A stretch of DNA of 64,000 nucleotides from an uncultured Alphaproteobacteria bacterium (GCA_963785355.1 CAWAVJ010000082.1:166-64165); one strand, 5' to 3'; shown: positions 23,181 to 36,474, counted from the first letter of the stretch. Numbers and translations are program-made. Notes: generated by a model not told the origin, from the sequence alone.

Positions 23181-24611
23181 GAGCCACTTGCAAAATAGCA
23201 GCGGCGAGCGGGATTTTTCGTCCTGATGGGGGATGAAGCGAGGCGTCCGCGCCCCGAGTTCAGGCATGGTGCTTTTGCTACAAACCACCTGCCGAATCAG
23301 GACACGGACATGCCTCTGCGCGGAATGCTAACCAGCACCTGGGATCACATTCAAGGTTTTCTTTTCCCGATGCTGCGGGAAGAGGTAGGTCCGCTGACCG
23401 CGCAGCACGAGCGGCTCGTGGTGGTGCTCGATATGGCTCGCATCGAGGCCTTCGTGCGGATGTGGCCGGGCCTGCCGGGGCGCCCGCTGGATGACCGGCA
23501 TGCGTTGGCGCGCGCGTTCGTGGCGAAGGCCGTGCTCAACCTGGCCACGACCTCGGCTTTGATCGAGCGGCTGGCCGTCGATGCCACGCTGCGCCGGCTA
23601 TGCGGCTGGGAGCTCAGAAGCCAGGTTCCAAGCGAAAGCACCTTCTCGCGCGCCTTCGCCGAGTTTGCGGCGAGCGGCTTGCCGGGCCGCGTGCACGAGG
23701 CCCTGATCGTAAGAACCCACAAGGATCGCCTGGTTGGTCACATCTCGCGTGACGCCACCGCCATCGAAGCGCGCGAAAAGCCGGCCGAACCGGCACAGCC
23801 AGCTCCCAAGATACCGAAGCGCAAACGCGGGCGGCCGAAAAAGGGCGAGGTGGTCTCGAAGAAGGAGCCGCGGCGGTTGGAGCGCCAAGCTGGCATGACG
23901 CTGGCTGAAATGCTGGCCGATCTGCCAACAGCGTGCGCCATCGGCAGGAAATGCAATGCAAAAGGCCATACCACCTGCTGGATTGGCTACAAATTGCACA
24001 TCGATACCGCCGATGGCGATATCCCGGTCTCCTGCCTGCTGACTTCGGCGTCCGTCCACGACAGCCAGGTGGCGATCCCCTTGGCCACCATCACGGCCGG
24101 CCGCGTCACCAACCTCTACGATCTCATGGACAGCGCTTACGACGCGCCGGAAATCTGGGACAAGAGCTGCGCGCTCGGGCATGTGCCGATCATCGATGCC
24201 AAGCCGCGCCGGGGCTGCAAGGCCGAGGCTGAGGCGGAGGCGCTGGCCAAGCGATGCGCCTGCCATCAGCCCGCAGAGGATGTCCGCTATCGCGAGCGCA
24301 GCTCAGCCGAGCGCGTCAACAGCGCGCTCAAGGACAGCTACGGCGGCCGGTCAGTACGGGTGCGCGGTCATGCCAAGGTGCTCTGCCATCTTATGTTCGG
24401 CATACTGACGCTAACCGTTGAGCAGCTGATGCGGCTGGTGAACTGAACCGCACGGCGGCTGCCAAACCCCGGCGAAGTCAAACTACGGGAAAGTTGCGCC
24501 AAAAATCGCCGCCGCCCCCCTGGCGGCACACACCTACCGCCAAAAACGCCCGACGCCGAAGGCTAAAGCCGTCGCCAGCCCTTCACATCGTTAGAGTTTT
24601 GCAAGTGGCTC
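23181..24611 (+). mobile_element. IS5/IS1182-like insertion sequence
   Basis: 15-bp TIR gagccacttgcaaaa / ttttgcaagtggctc; AAAC direct repeat on both sides. Confidence 0.88.
23310..24446 (+). CDS. DDE transposase (IS5/IS1182-like), apparently intact
   Basis: PSESTFSRAF, SRDATAIE, GYKLH, MDSAYD, Y..RS.AERVNS motifs. Confidence 0.88.
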   Translation: MPLRGMLTSTWDHIQGFLFPMLREEVGPLTAQHERLVVVLDMARIEAFVRMWPGLPGRPLDDRHALARAFVAKAVLNLATTSALIERLAVDATLRRLCGWELRSQVPSESTFSRAFAEFAASGLPGRVHEALIVRTHKDRLVGHISRDATAIEAREKPAEPAQPAPKIPKRKRGRPKKGEVVSKKEPRRLERQAGMTLAEMLADLPTACAIGRKCNAKGHTTCWIGYKLHIDTADGDIPVSCLLTSASVHDSQVAIPLATITAGRVTNLYDLMDSAYDAPEIWDKSCALGHVPIIDAKPRRGCKAEAEAEALAKRCACHQPAEDVRYRERSSAERVNSALKDSYGGRSVRVRGHAKVLCHLMFGILTLTVEQLMRLVN

Positions 24612-24921
24612 AAACGTGTTTTTGAAAGCTCGAAAACGGCCAAAAACGAGGAATTTTTCGCAGAAAACGGCCTGTGAGAGATTCACGATTTCGAGCTAAC
24701 CATGGCTGCATTAAGCATGATAGCGCCGTAGGCGGCGTTAGCGAAATTTTTACTTATCGCAATATTCGCGGAAGCTCCATGCGACCCCGTGAAACTTGTG
24801 GGCTCAGACATTGCGGAGGCCAGCATGCCCGCCAGCCTGGCGATCAACTGCAAAGCTTTTTCCCGCGCAGCACGTGCATCCTTCGAGGCGAGGATCGCTT
24901 TCAGACTTCCGCCAACGCCAG

Positions 24922-25320
24922 TTAAATCTCAACCACGAGTGCCTGTTCATTATGATAAGTGGAACGATATCTTTCGAATAACAGCTTACAAAGACTACCT
25001 ACGATTTCGCAGATCTCTTTCACTTCATGACCATCAAATGCGAAACGGAATTCAACTAAACCTGGTAGAATTGTCCAAGAAACGAACAAATCGTCCATGG
25101 GACCCTGCCAGAATTGAGCATTTGTGATAAGCCCAGAGAGGATTTGCTCCATCACTGCGCAACTATTGATTGATTCCGGTTTAGAATCTTTCCAGGTTGT
25201 TACCATATTCGTGTTGTCTTTAACGAGCCGGTAGCCGAACTCTCCAAGCAGAGATTCGATCAAGCCGAAAGACACTTCCAATGGCTCCGGTATCCGAAGA
25301 CAGCAGCCGCGATCACTCAT
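24922..25320 (-). CDS. putative cognate immunity protein of the main toxin
   Basis: ATGA overlap with the toxin stop; small, lower-GC ORF. Confidence 0.7.
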   Translation of the reverse strand: MSDRGCCLRIPEPLEVSFGLIESLLGEFGYRLVKDNTNMVTTWKDSKPESINSCAVMEQILSGLITNAQFWQGPMDDLFVSWTILPGLVEFRFAFDGHEVKEICEIVGSLCKLLFERYRSTYHNEQALVVEI

Positions 25321-28300
25321 TGCAGCCCCTGTACAACAATAACATTTTCTTTACCTACAATTTTTGCAGCCGCGTCTACAACGTTCTGTGGTGTCCCTTC
25401 TGCCAAATAGACCCGCACACCAACACCTCTACTGGCGGCAACCTCTCGATAAACACTTAGTGATCGTTGGAAGTTATCCAAGTTCTTTGCTTTTCCAGGT
25501 CCTCCGACAGCTATTAACTCGCCTTTGGGCCCGATAACATCGATGTCTGTCTTTCCTCGCGTCGTTTTTATTTCTTCGTTTGACACAGCCCCACCAACGA
25601 GGGCGGCGACTATTTGTTCCCGGCTCTTTCCAAGCTGCTGCGCCGCCGTACCGCTGGGTGCCCCTTTGCTTGCACGGAGATTATCCAGTGCACTCTGGAT
25701 CTCAATGCCAGTCTTACCCGCCAGGCGCATGGAGGCAACAAGATTTTGCTCTTCCTCATTGTGCACCTCAACGGCAACGGTTGGCACCAGCGCCATGCTG
25801 TCCCTGATACCCTGCTGGATCTCCAGAATCCGGTGGGGATCAAACTCGTATACCATAGCAGCCGTCCACGCCCCTCCCAGTGCAACTGACCCGCCTGCAG
25901 CTGCACATACGCCACTCGCCACGCAAGCGGCAATAGGCCCCTTGCTCCCCTGCTTCAAAGCTTGGGCGGCACCTTCTTTCGCAATGTCGGCAGCTGCCTC
26001 TCCGATCACCCATGGTTCTTCTGAGAGTTGTCCAGTCGGATCCGTATATTTCAGCGGATTCTGACGTACATAGCCCATTAACGCCAAGTCTTGAGGCGAA
26101 GTAAGTCCCCCTCTTAAGTGCTTACTAAGCGCGGGGTCTGGGCTTTGCCACACGGATGTTCTAGGATCGTAATACCTCGCCCCGTAGTAATAGAGCTTGG
26201 TCTCCTCGTCGAACTCCTGCCCGGTGAACCTGTACGGCACGCGGGTATCGTCGGAGACCTCGTCGACCCAGGTTTCGCCGAAGGGGAAATATTCCAGGTG
26301 CTGGTAGACCTCGCCCGTGGCGTCGGTGGCGAAGCCGGTCGAGCCCAGGTGATCGGGGTGGTAGAAGTACTGATAGACCTCGGTGAGGTTTTTGGCGCCC
26401 GTGCCGTAGCCTTCGCCGGAAGGGAACTGCTCGAGTTTGGTGACGATTCGGGTTGGCCCGGCGAAGACCTGCTTCGAGTTCCGGCCCAGCGCCGCCACGT
26501 ACCACGGGTTGATATAAAGCGTCTCGCCACCCGCGCCCTTCTTGACGACGCGGTTCGTATCGGGGTCGTATTTGAAGGTGGTGGGCTGCGCGGAGCTGTC
26601 GGTCACCGACTGCATGCGGTTGTCTTCGTCCCAGACGATGACGCGGTTCTGCTTGCTATCGGTGGCGGTCCAGCCTGCCTGGTTGCCATCGGCGTCGTAT
26701 TGGAAGAGGTGGTTGCCGATCTGGCTGGCCGCGTGCGGCCGCCCCGGGGCAGGGGGATAAGTGTAGGCCCAGTCGTAGGTCAGCGGCAGGTTCGGCGTCT
26801 TGCTGCCGTTCGAGAGCAGGTTGAACGCGGTCTGCGTCTTGTGCGTAATGTTGTGGATGCCGTCGTAGGACATCGCGAGGGTAAACTTCTGCACCGGCAC
26901 GTTGGGCTTGGTGAAGGCGCCGGTGGCGCTCGTCAGCTCGTAGAGGTTGTCGTAGCCGAAGGTGTAGGCCGTGGTGCCGCCATAGAGCGCGGTGCCCGCG
27001 GGGATCGCGGCCGAATTGCCAAGCGAGAGAATGTTGCCCACGGCGTCGTAGCCGTAGGACATGTTCATGAAGGTGCGCGCGGACTTGGTCTTGGCGACGA
27101 GCCCGGCGAGCCGCCGGTTGTCCGGTCTGTACGTGTAATCGGTGGCCGTGCCGTTGCCCAAGGCCACGTGCTCGCGGGCCTCGAACTTGTCGTAGCCGAT
27201 GAAGGTCAGGTAGTTGTAGGAAAGCGCCTGCTTCTGGCCGGTAATCGACTTGATGAGCCCGCCGCTGTCGTAGGAGAAGCTCACCACCTCGCCGTCGGGG
27301 TAGGTCAGGTGCTGGATGCGGTTCCAGGTGTCGTAGGTGTAGAGCGTGGTGAACACCGGGTTCGGGCCGGTGACGGTCGTTTGGGCGGGGGTGCGCACCT
27401 CCTTCACCACCTCGCCCAAGGGCCCGTAGGCGCGAGCGAGCGTACCGCCCTCGGCGGGAGCATGATGACCCGGTCCGCGCCATTGCCGGCCGCGCCCGGC
27501 CCGCCATAGGTGTAGGTGACGTTGTTGCCGGGGAACTTGGGATAGGCGACCGAAGCCATCCGGTCGTACTGATAGCTATAGTTGACGGCCTGGCCCGCCG
27601 CTTTGAGGTTCGCGGTGATTTTCTGGCTGAGGTTCGAGGCCGGATCGAACACGTAGCTGGTGGTCCCGGCATCGGGGCTGCTGAGCGTCACGCGCCGCCC
27701 GAAATTGTCGTAGATGGCGCTCGTCGCATTTTTGTTGTTGTCGGTGACGGTCACGATCTCGTCGAGCGGATCGTAGGCGTAGGAGGTCCACAAGGTGACC
27801 GCCGCCATTGTTGAGGAGCCTGACGCTGGTGATATCGTCATGCACGTTGCGGAAGGTGTCGCGCGGGATGCCGTTGGCGTCGGTGACGCGCGTCCAGAAC
27901 TGCGTCAAGCCGTTGCGGTCGGTTCGAAGCTGTAGGCGAAGTGCGTGGTCTCGTTGGCGGGGTCGGTGACCAACAGCGGCCGGTCGAGCACGTCGTAGGT
28001 GGTGACGGTGGGCTGGACCGTGTCGGGGGTGGCGTTGAAGGTGCCCACCGTCCCCAGGAGCTCGGTGGTGGGATAATATTGCTGGATGGTGCGCCCGAAG
28101 CCGTCAAATTGCACCCGGCCCGAGACGTCCATCACGTCCGTCGAGGCGTTGCCCGTGCTGTGCAGCGCCAGGCTCTTCTTGGTCTCGATGACGCGCTTGA
28201 GGCCATCCACGAAGGTGACGGTGTCGATGGTGGCCGAGGGCCCTCGGTTGAGGTCGAGATGCGCGGTGTGCGCCCAGGACATCGGGCTGTTCGGCACGCT

Positions 28301-31300
28301 CGGATCGTTCGGGTGGTAGTCCATCGCGATGGTGGTGCGGCCGGTGCCCTGCTCGTAGGGGCCGACAATGGACACGGCCCGGCCCGCATTGTCGTATTGG
28401 GTGGTGATGACTTGGTTGTTGATGTCGGTCGAGCTGGTGGGCTCGCCGAAGCGGTAGTCGTAGGCCGCCTTCGACGTGTAGCCGAAGCTGTCGGTGACGG
28501 AAGTCACATAGGTGTTGACGGCGGAATCGTAGGTGTAGGTCTTCGCGTAGCGCTGGTTGGTGGCGTTGGCCGGGCCGGTGACGGTCAGCACGTTGCCGTA
28601 AGGATCGTAGGTGAGATCGGTGACGGCGGCGGTGCCGTTCGCCAGCGTCTTGACCACCTCCAACAGGTTGCCGGTGCCGGCCTGGAAGCTGGCCTTGCGG
28701 TGGCGCATGACCTGCGCCGCCGCCATAGACCGAAATGGCGTTGGCCTTGCCGACGATGTAGTTGGTCAGATCCTGGTAGTAGCCGATCTGCGCCTCGACC
28801 AGTTCGGCCGGGGCGCCGTCGGCGGTAGTCCTTATAATCGATGATGTTGCCGTACTGGTCGTAGGCGTAGGTCTGGTAGGTGGTCTTGCCGTACGCAGGC
28901 TGGCCCTCGTACCAGTACTTGTTGGTCTGCACAAGCGCGGGGAAGCCAACCGCGGTCAGGTCGGACGGGTTTACCAGCGGCTGGCCCGTGGACTCGTCGA
29001 TCACCGTATAAGTGTAGGTCGCGTCGGTATATTTGTTGCCCGCCGCGTCCGAAAGCGTGTCTTCCGCCGGGAGCCCCTTCAGATAGAAGGTGCCGTTGTT
29101 GTAGGTGCGCGTGACGGTGCGGTAGGGCGCGTTGCTGTTGGCCGGATCGAGATGGGTCTCGACGCATTGTGCGAAGCCGTAGAACTGCCGCTCGCGCCGC
29201 TCGTAGAAGCCGTTCAACCAGGCGAAGCTCGTGACCTCGGTGTCCTGGCCGTTGACGCCCACGCCGTCGTTGACCGTGAGGGACGACATCGCCCAGCGGT
29301 TGTGCGGCTGGCTGTAGGTGTTGCCGGTGCGGGTGTAGTTGACCGCGAAGAAGCCGCCAAGCGGGCGGGTCACCTGCTGCAAGAGGTTGGTGCGGCCGCG
29401 CGTGTTGAGGCTCGCCGTAATGGTGCTGTCGGCGGTGGAGGTGAGGTAGTCCGGGAAGCCGTCGCCGTCGATATCGGCGATGGTGGCCTCGGTGCGGCCC
29501 ACATGGGTATCCCCATCCGCGCCGGGATTGAAGATGAACCAGACGCCGGGGACGGTGGGGACGATCGGATAGGCGATGGTGAAGTAAAGGCCGCCGCCCT
29601 GCGTCTCCTGCCGGCTGTGGGCGATGTCGCCGGTCATGCCGGGGAAGGGCACGTCCGGGGCGAAGCCCGAGCCGGTATTGAAGGCAACCGTGATGACGCC
29701 GCCATTGTTGGTGACGCGGTCGGCCAGGCCGTCGCCGTTGACGTCCTGCAGCGTGACAACGGACCACGACTTGTGCTCGGAGGTGTTGATGCCGCCGCCG
29801 AAGCCGTAAATGCCGTCGTTGTAGCCGATGGAGCCGCCGATCTCGTTGGCCTTGCTCTGGCCGCTGTTGATGGCGTTGTTCGTGCCCGGATCCCAGACCT
29901 CGGGCGCGGCGAAGCCGTAGCCCAGGTTGATCTGCACGGTGACCGTGCCGGTGTTCGAGCCGTTATTCGAGATGGAGACGCGGTCGGGCAGGCCGTCGCC
30001 ATTGATGTCGATCAGGTCGTAATTGACGAGGTTGGTGCCCTGGGTGATGTTGGCGGTGATGCCGAGCGTGGTCATCTGCTGGCCGGTGTCGCCGGACGTG
30101 GTGCCGCTCCTGCCGCCGCCGCCGCCGATGCCGAAGCGGCTAAGCGGGTTCGCGCCCGAAAAGGCGTAATCGCCGCCCAGCCCGTAGGAGTTGGCCTGCG
30201 AGCCGCTGTCCTGGGGATAGCCCGGCACATTGATGGTGCGCGCCTTGGCCTCGAGCCCGCCGGTCATGGGCGAGTATTGCACGGAAAGCCCGTTCGCCAC
30301 GACATCGGGGAAGCCGTCGCCGTTCAGGTCCTTGAAGTCGAGGAGGGAGTAGCCGTTGGCGGTCGAATAGCTGAGGCCGCCGTTCACGCCAAGCCCGGTG
30401 CCGGGTATGGAGATGCCCGCACTCCCCGCAATCGCGGTCTGATCGTTCTCCGAGATGCGCGCGACCGCGGCGGCGCCCGCATATGGGTCGGCGGTGGCGG
30501 CGGGGACGTACTTCGTGCCGCCCTGCCTGGACGAACTCATCTCAGCCGGCCGCAACCCACAGCGAGTTGTCCGGCCCCTGCCAGTGATCCACCGCGCCCG
30601 GCATACCGGGCGGGGGATTGGTGTTCTGGGGAAGGGCGGCGACGGGAATGTAAGTTATGACATTGGTATGGAACTGCTGGGCGAGCGAGGAAGGATCGAT
30701 GTGATTGTTGATGTCGTTGACGATCGTCTGCTGGTAGGCCTGCTGCTGGCTTGTGCTGCCCAAGCCTTGCGCACTGCTAAGCGTCAGGTCGTTCGAGGTG
30801 ATGGAGATGGGCAGCGAGGCATTGGCGCCCTGGCCGTAATAACCGAAATGCGTCCAGCCGCGGTAATCCTGCGGCAGGATATCGGCGGGCGTGGCGCTAT
30901 AGAGTGCTGCCGGCAGATTGGTGCCGCCGCCCTGGGGCGACACGTTATAGGCTGAGATCGAGGCAGCCACGCTGGGATCGCGGGCCTGGAACTCGAAAAA
31001 TACCTGGTCGCCGGCATTGGCGTTGAAGGTGAGGTTCGCCGAGGTAGGGTTGCTGCTTCCGGTTGGGTCTAAAGTCTGCTTGGCGAGAAGCACCCCTGGG
31101 GTCTTCGCCGTCACCACCACGCTGCCTGACGTGGTTCCGGTGACAGAGGCATTGAAGGTGTACGTGCCCTGGGTTTGCACTACCAAGGGGGCGAGCGGGA
31201 CGGTCCGATCGCTATTGGCGTAGAGGTCGGCCTCCGTCACCATCTGCATCGAGGGAAGCTTAGCCCCTGCCGGCAGGCTGGGCGCCTGGGTATAGGCGAT

Positions 31301-34300
31301 GGTAGGCGGATTGGCCGGGTCCCAGACGAGCTGGGTCATGTCGATGCGGCTGTCCACTCCGACCCTCAGCTCGAGCGCGTCGCCCTGGGTGAAGTTACCC
31401 TGGCCGTCCGTCGTGGTCTGTTGCACGTTCACGGTTTGATTGATCGCGATGGCGCCCGTGCCCGGCGCGGCAAGCGGCGGCGATTGGTACAGGATGGAGG
31501 TCTGGCCGTTCTTGGTATCGTAGAGGGTCAGCGTGACAGCGTCGCTGGTGGGGCCGAGCTTCTTGAGGTTGCCGGTGATCTGCAGCGTGCCGGTCAAGGG
31601 CACGCCGATTCGTGCGGTGCGCACGCCGTGCAGGGTAAAGTCCGCCTGCTCGCTATAGCTGTAGGGGTTGAGATTGTTGGAGTTGGCTGGCGCGCTCACG
31701 CCCTGATAGGCGATGGCTGGAGACCAGGCCACCTGGTCGTAGGAGCCGTCGTTGATGGACTGCACCCGGAAGTAAATAATATCGCCCTTGTTGACGGCGA
31801 TGTTCGAGACCCCGGTTGGCGTCTTGGGCGAGTAATCCGTAGGCGCAATCGGCACCGAGTAAAGTACGGTGCCGTTGAGCTGGATGGAGGCGATGACGCC
31901 GTCGGCGGTCTTATAGGCGGTGCGCTGCTGGCTCGTATTCTGGACGAGGTTCAAGCTGCCGGCGATGCTGACGGTGCCGGTAAAGGGCGCCACCCAGCGA
32001 TGGATCGTGTCCACCAGCGGGTTGGCGGCGTTGAGCTTGGCCGAAATCTGGGCCTGCTGCGCGGCTAGCAGCCCAGCCTGCACCGCGCCTGCTCCGATCG
32101 GATAGGGTGTGGTGGAACTGTCCGGGCTGAAGGACGGATTGCCGTCCTTGCCAATGGAGTTGAACAGCACGATGCCGTTGATCACGAGGTCCGGCAGGCC
32201 GTCGCCGTTCACATCGGCGAAGTAGACCGACTGCGTGCTGATGGTGGTGGAAAGGTTCAAACCTACGAAGGCGTTCAGGATGCCGGTCCCGGGATAAGCC
32301 TCGGGACCGGACGAGGTCATGTCCGAATGCTCTTGGCTGATGGCAGGCAGCGAAGCGATCTGAACGGCCGGGCCGAAGGTGGTGGTGCCGTTCGGCCCCG
32401 ACTGGTTGACGCGGTAGGAAATCGCGCCGCCATTGTTGAACACCTTGTCGGGCAGGCCGTCGCCGTTGAGGTCGATGAAGGCCAAAAGCCCGTCGCTGTC
32501 GGTGCCGTTGGAGCCGAACTTGAAGCCAACCGAGTCCAGCTTGTAGGGCAGCAAGCCGATGCCGGTGTAGAGATGGCCGCCAGTTCCGGTGCCCTGCTGG
32601 CTGCCGAGCGCGGAAGCCTGCATGTTGGAAAAGAGCCCCTGTGCCACGACATTGTCGCCGTTGCCGGTGTTCCAAGCCGTAGCCCCCCCGAAGCCCAGAT
32701 AGTGCGTATGGGTGCTATCGCGGCTGTCGTCATAATAGGTGAACTGGTGCTGGTTGAAGAGCGCGCCCGACGCATCGTATTGCGTCAGCGTGGTAAGCAG
32801 CGTCTTGTTGTAGGCGCCGGTCTGGTAGGCGAGCTGGTAGGAGCGCACCGCCTGGCCATTATAGTTCACCTGGATTTGGCGCAGGAGGTCGGCGGTGACC
32901 ATCTTGAAGCCGCCGCGGCCGCTGATGATCGGATCGGGCCGGCGCTGATAGTTCGTCAGATCGCGGTCGCGGGTGAACTGCACGGTGTAGGCGCCAGGCG
33001 TGGTGCCTTGGCCCGTATAATCGATGGTCTGGATGTAGAGTTCGGTGCCCGGAACGCCGGTTGTGCCGCCGCCCGTGCCGGTGTCGGTTATCGTCGCGTA
33101 GTTATAGTGAATGGTGTTGCCGTTGGTGTCCTGGACCAGCCGCAGCGCCCATTTGAAGATGTTGCCGTTGGCGTCGGCCAGGGTTGCGGCCGGGACAACG
33201 GCATTGGCGTTGAGATCGCCGCCGTAATAATAGGCCGTGCCGTCCTTCTCGCGCACCTCCCACCAATAGGTGGAGGGCGAGGTGCCGTGGCGGACGATCT
33301 TGCGGAAGGAGCCCTCGACGCGGGTGTGGAAGGGCTTTTCCGGCGTGCGCGCCACGAGCGGCCCGCGATGGGCCACTGGGGCCAGCATCTCGCCGTCATG
33401 CGAATAGGTCTCGGTCTCGTTGTTGGGGTCGTAGCGCGGCACGCCCCAGCGCGTGTCGATCGAAATGGAGGAGACCGCGAGATCCCAGCCAACGCCCAGC
33501 CAGCCGTTCTCGGCCGACGAATTGTAGCTAAGTGCCAGCTGCGGCGCGTGGCCGGCGCGGCCCGGCGGCACCTCGATCGGGTAGGCCAGCTTCACATCGC
33601 CCATGGCGTTGGCCTGGGGCGGCGCGATCAGGTTTACCTTGGCGCCAGGGTTGGCGACCTTGATATCCTTGAGCTGGGTGGGATTGAACGAGGTGGCTTC
33701 GGGCGAATTGGGCGCCTGCACCACCCCGTTGATCATATCGGTGAAGTGGGTGGTGAGCGAGACGACCTCGCCCTTCGCCATATCGACCTTGGCCGTTGGC
33801 AGGGGCTCCCATTTGCCAAGCTGCCGGTCGAAATAGAAGGTCTTGATGTCGCTTTCCTTCATGCCCTGCGGCAGCTTCGCCTTGTCGTAGGGCAGGTGCA
33901 CCTTTACGGCCTTCTTGAAGACCTGGCCGTGCGGCAGGAAGCGGTAGCCGCCGCCCGCGGCGCCCGCAGCACCTTGGGTGCCTACCTTGGTCACGTTGAT
34001 CAGGCCGTGGTCGAGGGCGGCCAGGTCCACCTTGCGCAAGGGCCGCATGGCGACGCGCGTCTTCTGTGCGAGCGCGTCCGCGCCGACCTCAAGGGCGGCA
34101 CCTTGATTGGAGACGAGCTTGGCCGCACCGGGCACAAGATCGGTGGCAAGGCCGTTGGCGCCGGCCTGGTCGGCCTGCGTTGCGTCTATGGCCTTGGTGA
34201 ACTGCACGGTGCGCGAAACCTGCGCGCCATTGGGATAGGCCGCTTGCACAACCACGGACCAGTCCGCGGTGCCGGCCTCGATGCCGAGGTCGGCCTGGCT

Positions 34301-35824
34301 TACGGCCGCCTCGAACGTGCCCTGGCTAAGGGTTACGGGCTTGCCGGCCACCGTGACCGCCGCCACGCCCGAGCCATCCTGCAAGGGCGCGATGAAGCCG
34401 CGCACATAGGCCATGTCGCCGAAATACTGGCCGCTGTCCGGATAGGTGACGGCAAGCTGCGGGGCCGTAGCGGGAGAGCCTGCGGGCGAGCCGCTCACGG
34501 CGATCCCGGTTAGAACGGCAGCACTGCTGCCGCCTGCAAAGCGCAAGCGGACGGCGGAGGCCTGGGTCTGTGCGAGCGGCAGCGCGTTCGGGCCCGCGGA
34601 AAAGCCGGACCCCGGCAGATCTGCCGCCACCGTCTGCCATTTGCCTGCCGCCGTGAGCACGTCCACCGAAACCGTGCCGTCGAGCGCCTTCGAAAGCTGG
34701 AAGCGCAAGGCATCGATGCTTACGGTTTGCGAAAGCTGCACGGTCAGCTGGGGTGCGCTGGCAGCTTGCGAGGCGTTAAGCGGATAGATGTTCCAGCCTG
34801 CCGTGCTGCCGGCGTCGAGGACGCTGCCGGCCGGGCCTTGGTTGCTGGCCGCCGAGGTGGCCCAGTTCCAGCCGTCGAAGGGCTCGAGCACCAGGCGCAC
34901 ATTGCGGACCTGATAGGCGGGAAGGCCGCCCGGGTTGGAGAACACGATGGTGTTCTGCCCCTGGACCAGGCTTGCGGGCGCAATCGGCTCGGCCTGGAGG
35001 GTGAAGCTTGTGGCCGCCTCGCGGACATGGCCGCCCTGCGGGCCCGCGGCGTTGACGGTGCGCGCCACCTCGCTCCAATGCGCCGCCCCGTTCAGTTCGT
35101 AAACGAGCCAGGCCCGCGCCATCTGGGCGGGCAGGAGCGGCACCTGCATCGTGAAGCTGGCGCTGGTTCCCCCGGCCGCCGGATCGCCAACGGTCTCAGC
35201 CTGGCCGCTTTGAACGTTCGTTGCCGGAGCGGCAACTGCTTGCGGTGCCAGGGACTGGCCGAACTCAGGCGTGCTCATCGCCGCCATATTGCCGTGCAGG
35301 CCCGTGCCCCAGAACTCGACCTCTGCAAGCCCGCTGCCGCCCGATGCTTGCGGCTGCAGCACAAGCTGGATATCGCTTGCCGCGACCGGTGCGGGCAGGC
35401 TCAACGTGTTCCAGCCGCCCTGAGGCAGCGCCGATAAGTCGACTGCGCCAAGGCCTGCAACCGCCTGATAGGCGCTTTGCGCGCCGGCCCTGGCCTGCAA
35501 CGAAAGCTTATAGGGTGCCGAGCCGTAGACGCGCAGCGCCTGCACCGTGCGTTGGGCTGGGAAAGAGAACGTGACGGTGGACGTGCCGAAGGCGGTGTAG
35601 GCCGTCGTGGTGTCCTGGTCGAGGAGGTTGATTACATGCAGCGCCTCGAGCTGCTGAACAGGCGTTGGCAGCGAGGGATCGGGCGAGACCGATATTTGCG
35701 CGGCCGGCAGCAGCACCATGCTGCCAAGGCTCGGCTGGCTTGCCTGGTTCACGGCCGCCGCGATGCCCGCCCCTAAGCCCAGGCATGCGCCCAACACCGT
35801 CAGCGAACGCAAAATCTTACGCAT
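25317..35824 (-). CDS. giant secreted SpvB/TcaC-FG-GAP-YD/RHS polymorphic toxin (~3500 aa; about 7 single-base frameshifts in this assembly)
   Basis: signal peptide MRKILRSLTVLGACLGLGAGIAAA; ZU5-like region with THFT; SpvB motif PIEVPPGRAG..P.LAL.YNS...NGWLGVGW; DxNGDGLPD repeats; RHS core and DPTG; frameshifts repairable from paralogous cassette 2. Confidence 0.85.
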
Positions 35825-36373
35825 GGCAATCACCCTCATGGCGGGCCTTAGGCCCCCGGGACAAGCTCGTGAACAGGATGGCCGGGGCGGCAGCCCGCCC
35901 GCGGGAAGGTCCGGCGCGGCCAAAGGAGGCTGCCGGCCTGGAAAGGAACGAAGAGGATAGATGCGCCCCGCTTGAGCGCAGCGCCTTTGCCTGGCTGCAC
36001 CTCCGGCGCGAGCGGCGGTGGGCTGCGGAGACGGAAAAGGCTGACGCAGTGGAACGGGAAAACGGATCCACCGGAAATACGCTATAACTACTCACACCAA
36101 ACCAAGTCATAGCCCAATACCGGATTGTAACCGCATTACCTGCAACCCGCTGTTGACGTGACCGTATCTTCTCTGCGCCGTACACAAAAATGGAAATAAC
36201 TTATTACTCCAATTCAATGCAAGCAGTGCCATGACGGATTATTTTGTTGGAACCGCTATATAGAAAATACTACTGCTCTCTCAAAACTATAGGCATAGAC
36301 AATGAACGGCATGCACAGTATTGGCAGCCGCTCATAGCCTCGCGTGTCTTGAGTTATATGCAGGTTTTGGACT

Positions 36374-36474
36374 TTAGAGTGCGTCCGGAAAAGTGCGAAG
36401 CGGTTTTCCGATAAGACGCACGGCAAAACAACAACTTAGAGCCCGCTTTTGATTCCATCAAAAGTGGGCTCTAA
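36374..36474. repeat. 101-bp RIME/Bru-RS-like repeat, copy 2
   Basis: near-identical to 2605-2705. Confidence 0.8.

Noticed and set aside
15328-30555. CRISPR array or DGR template/variable repeats
   Set aside because: Repeats are kb-scale coding duplications, with no spacer periodicity, no RT or cas genes and no evident adenine-specific variation.
19009-34513. Long + strand ORFs (e.g. 32327-34513, 29152-30660, 26118-27509)
   Set aside because: Antisense shadows of high-GC3 toxin codons with no recognisable motifs.
35961-35982. Minus-strand tgcgctcaagcggggcgca resembling the ~40-bp element
   Set aside because: Shares only TGCGCTCAAG and a short stem; lacks the inner hairpin and GGTAG; plausible by chance in GC-rich DNA.
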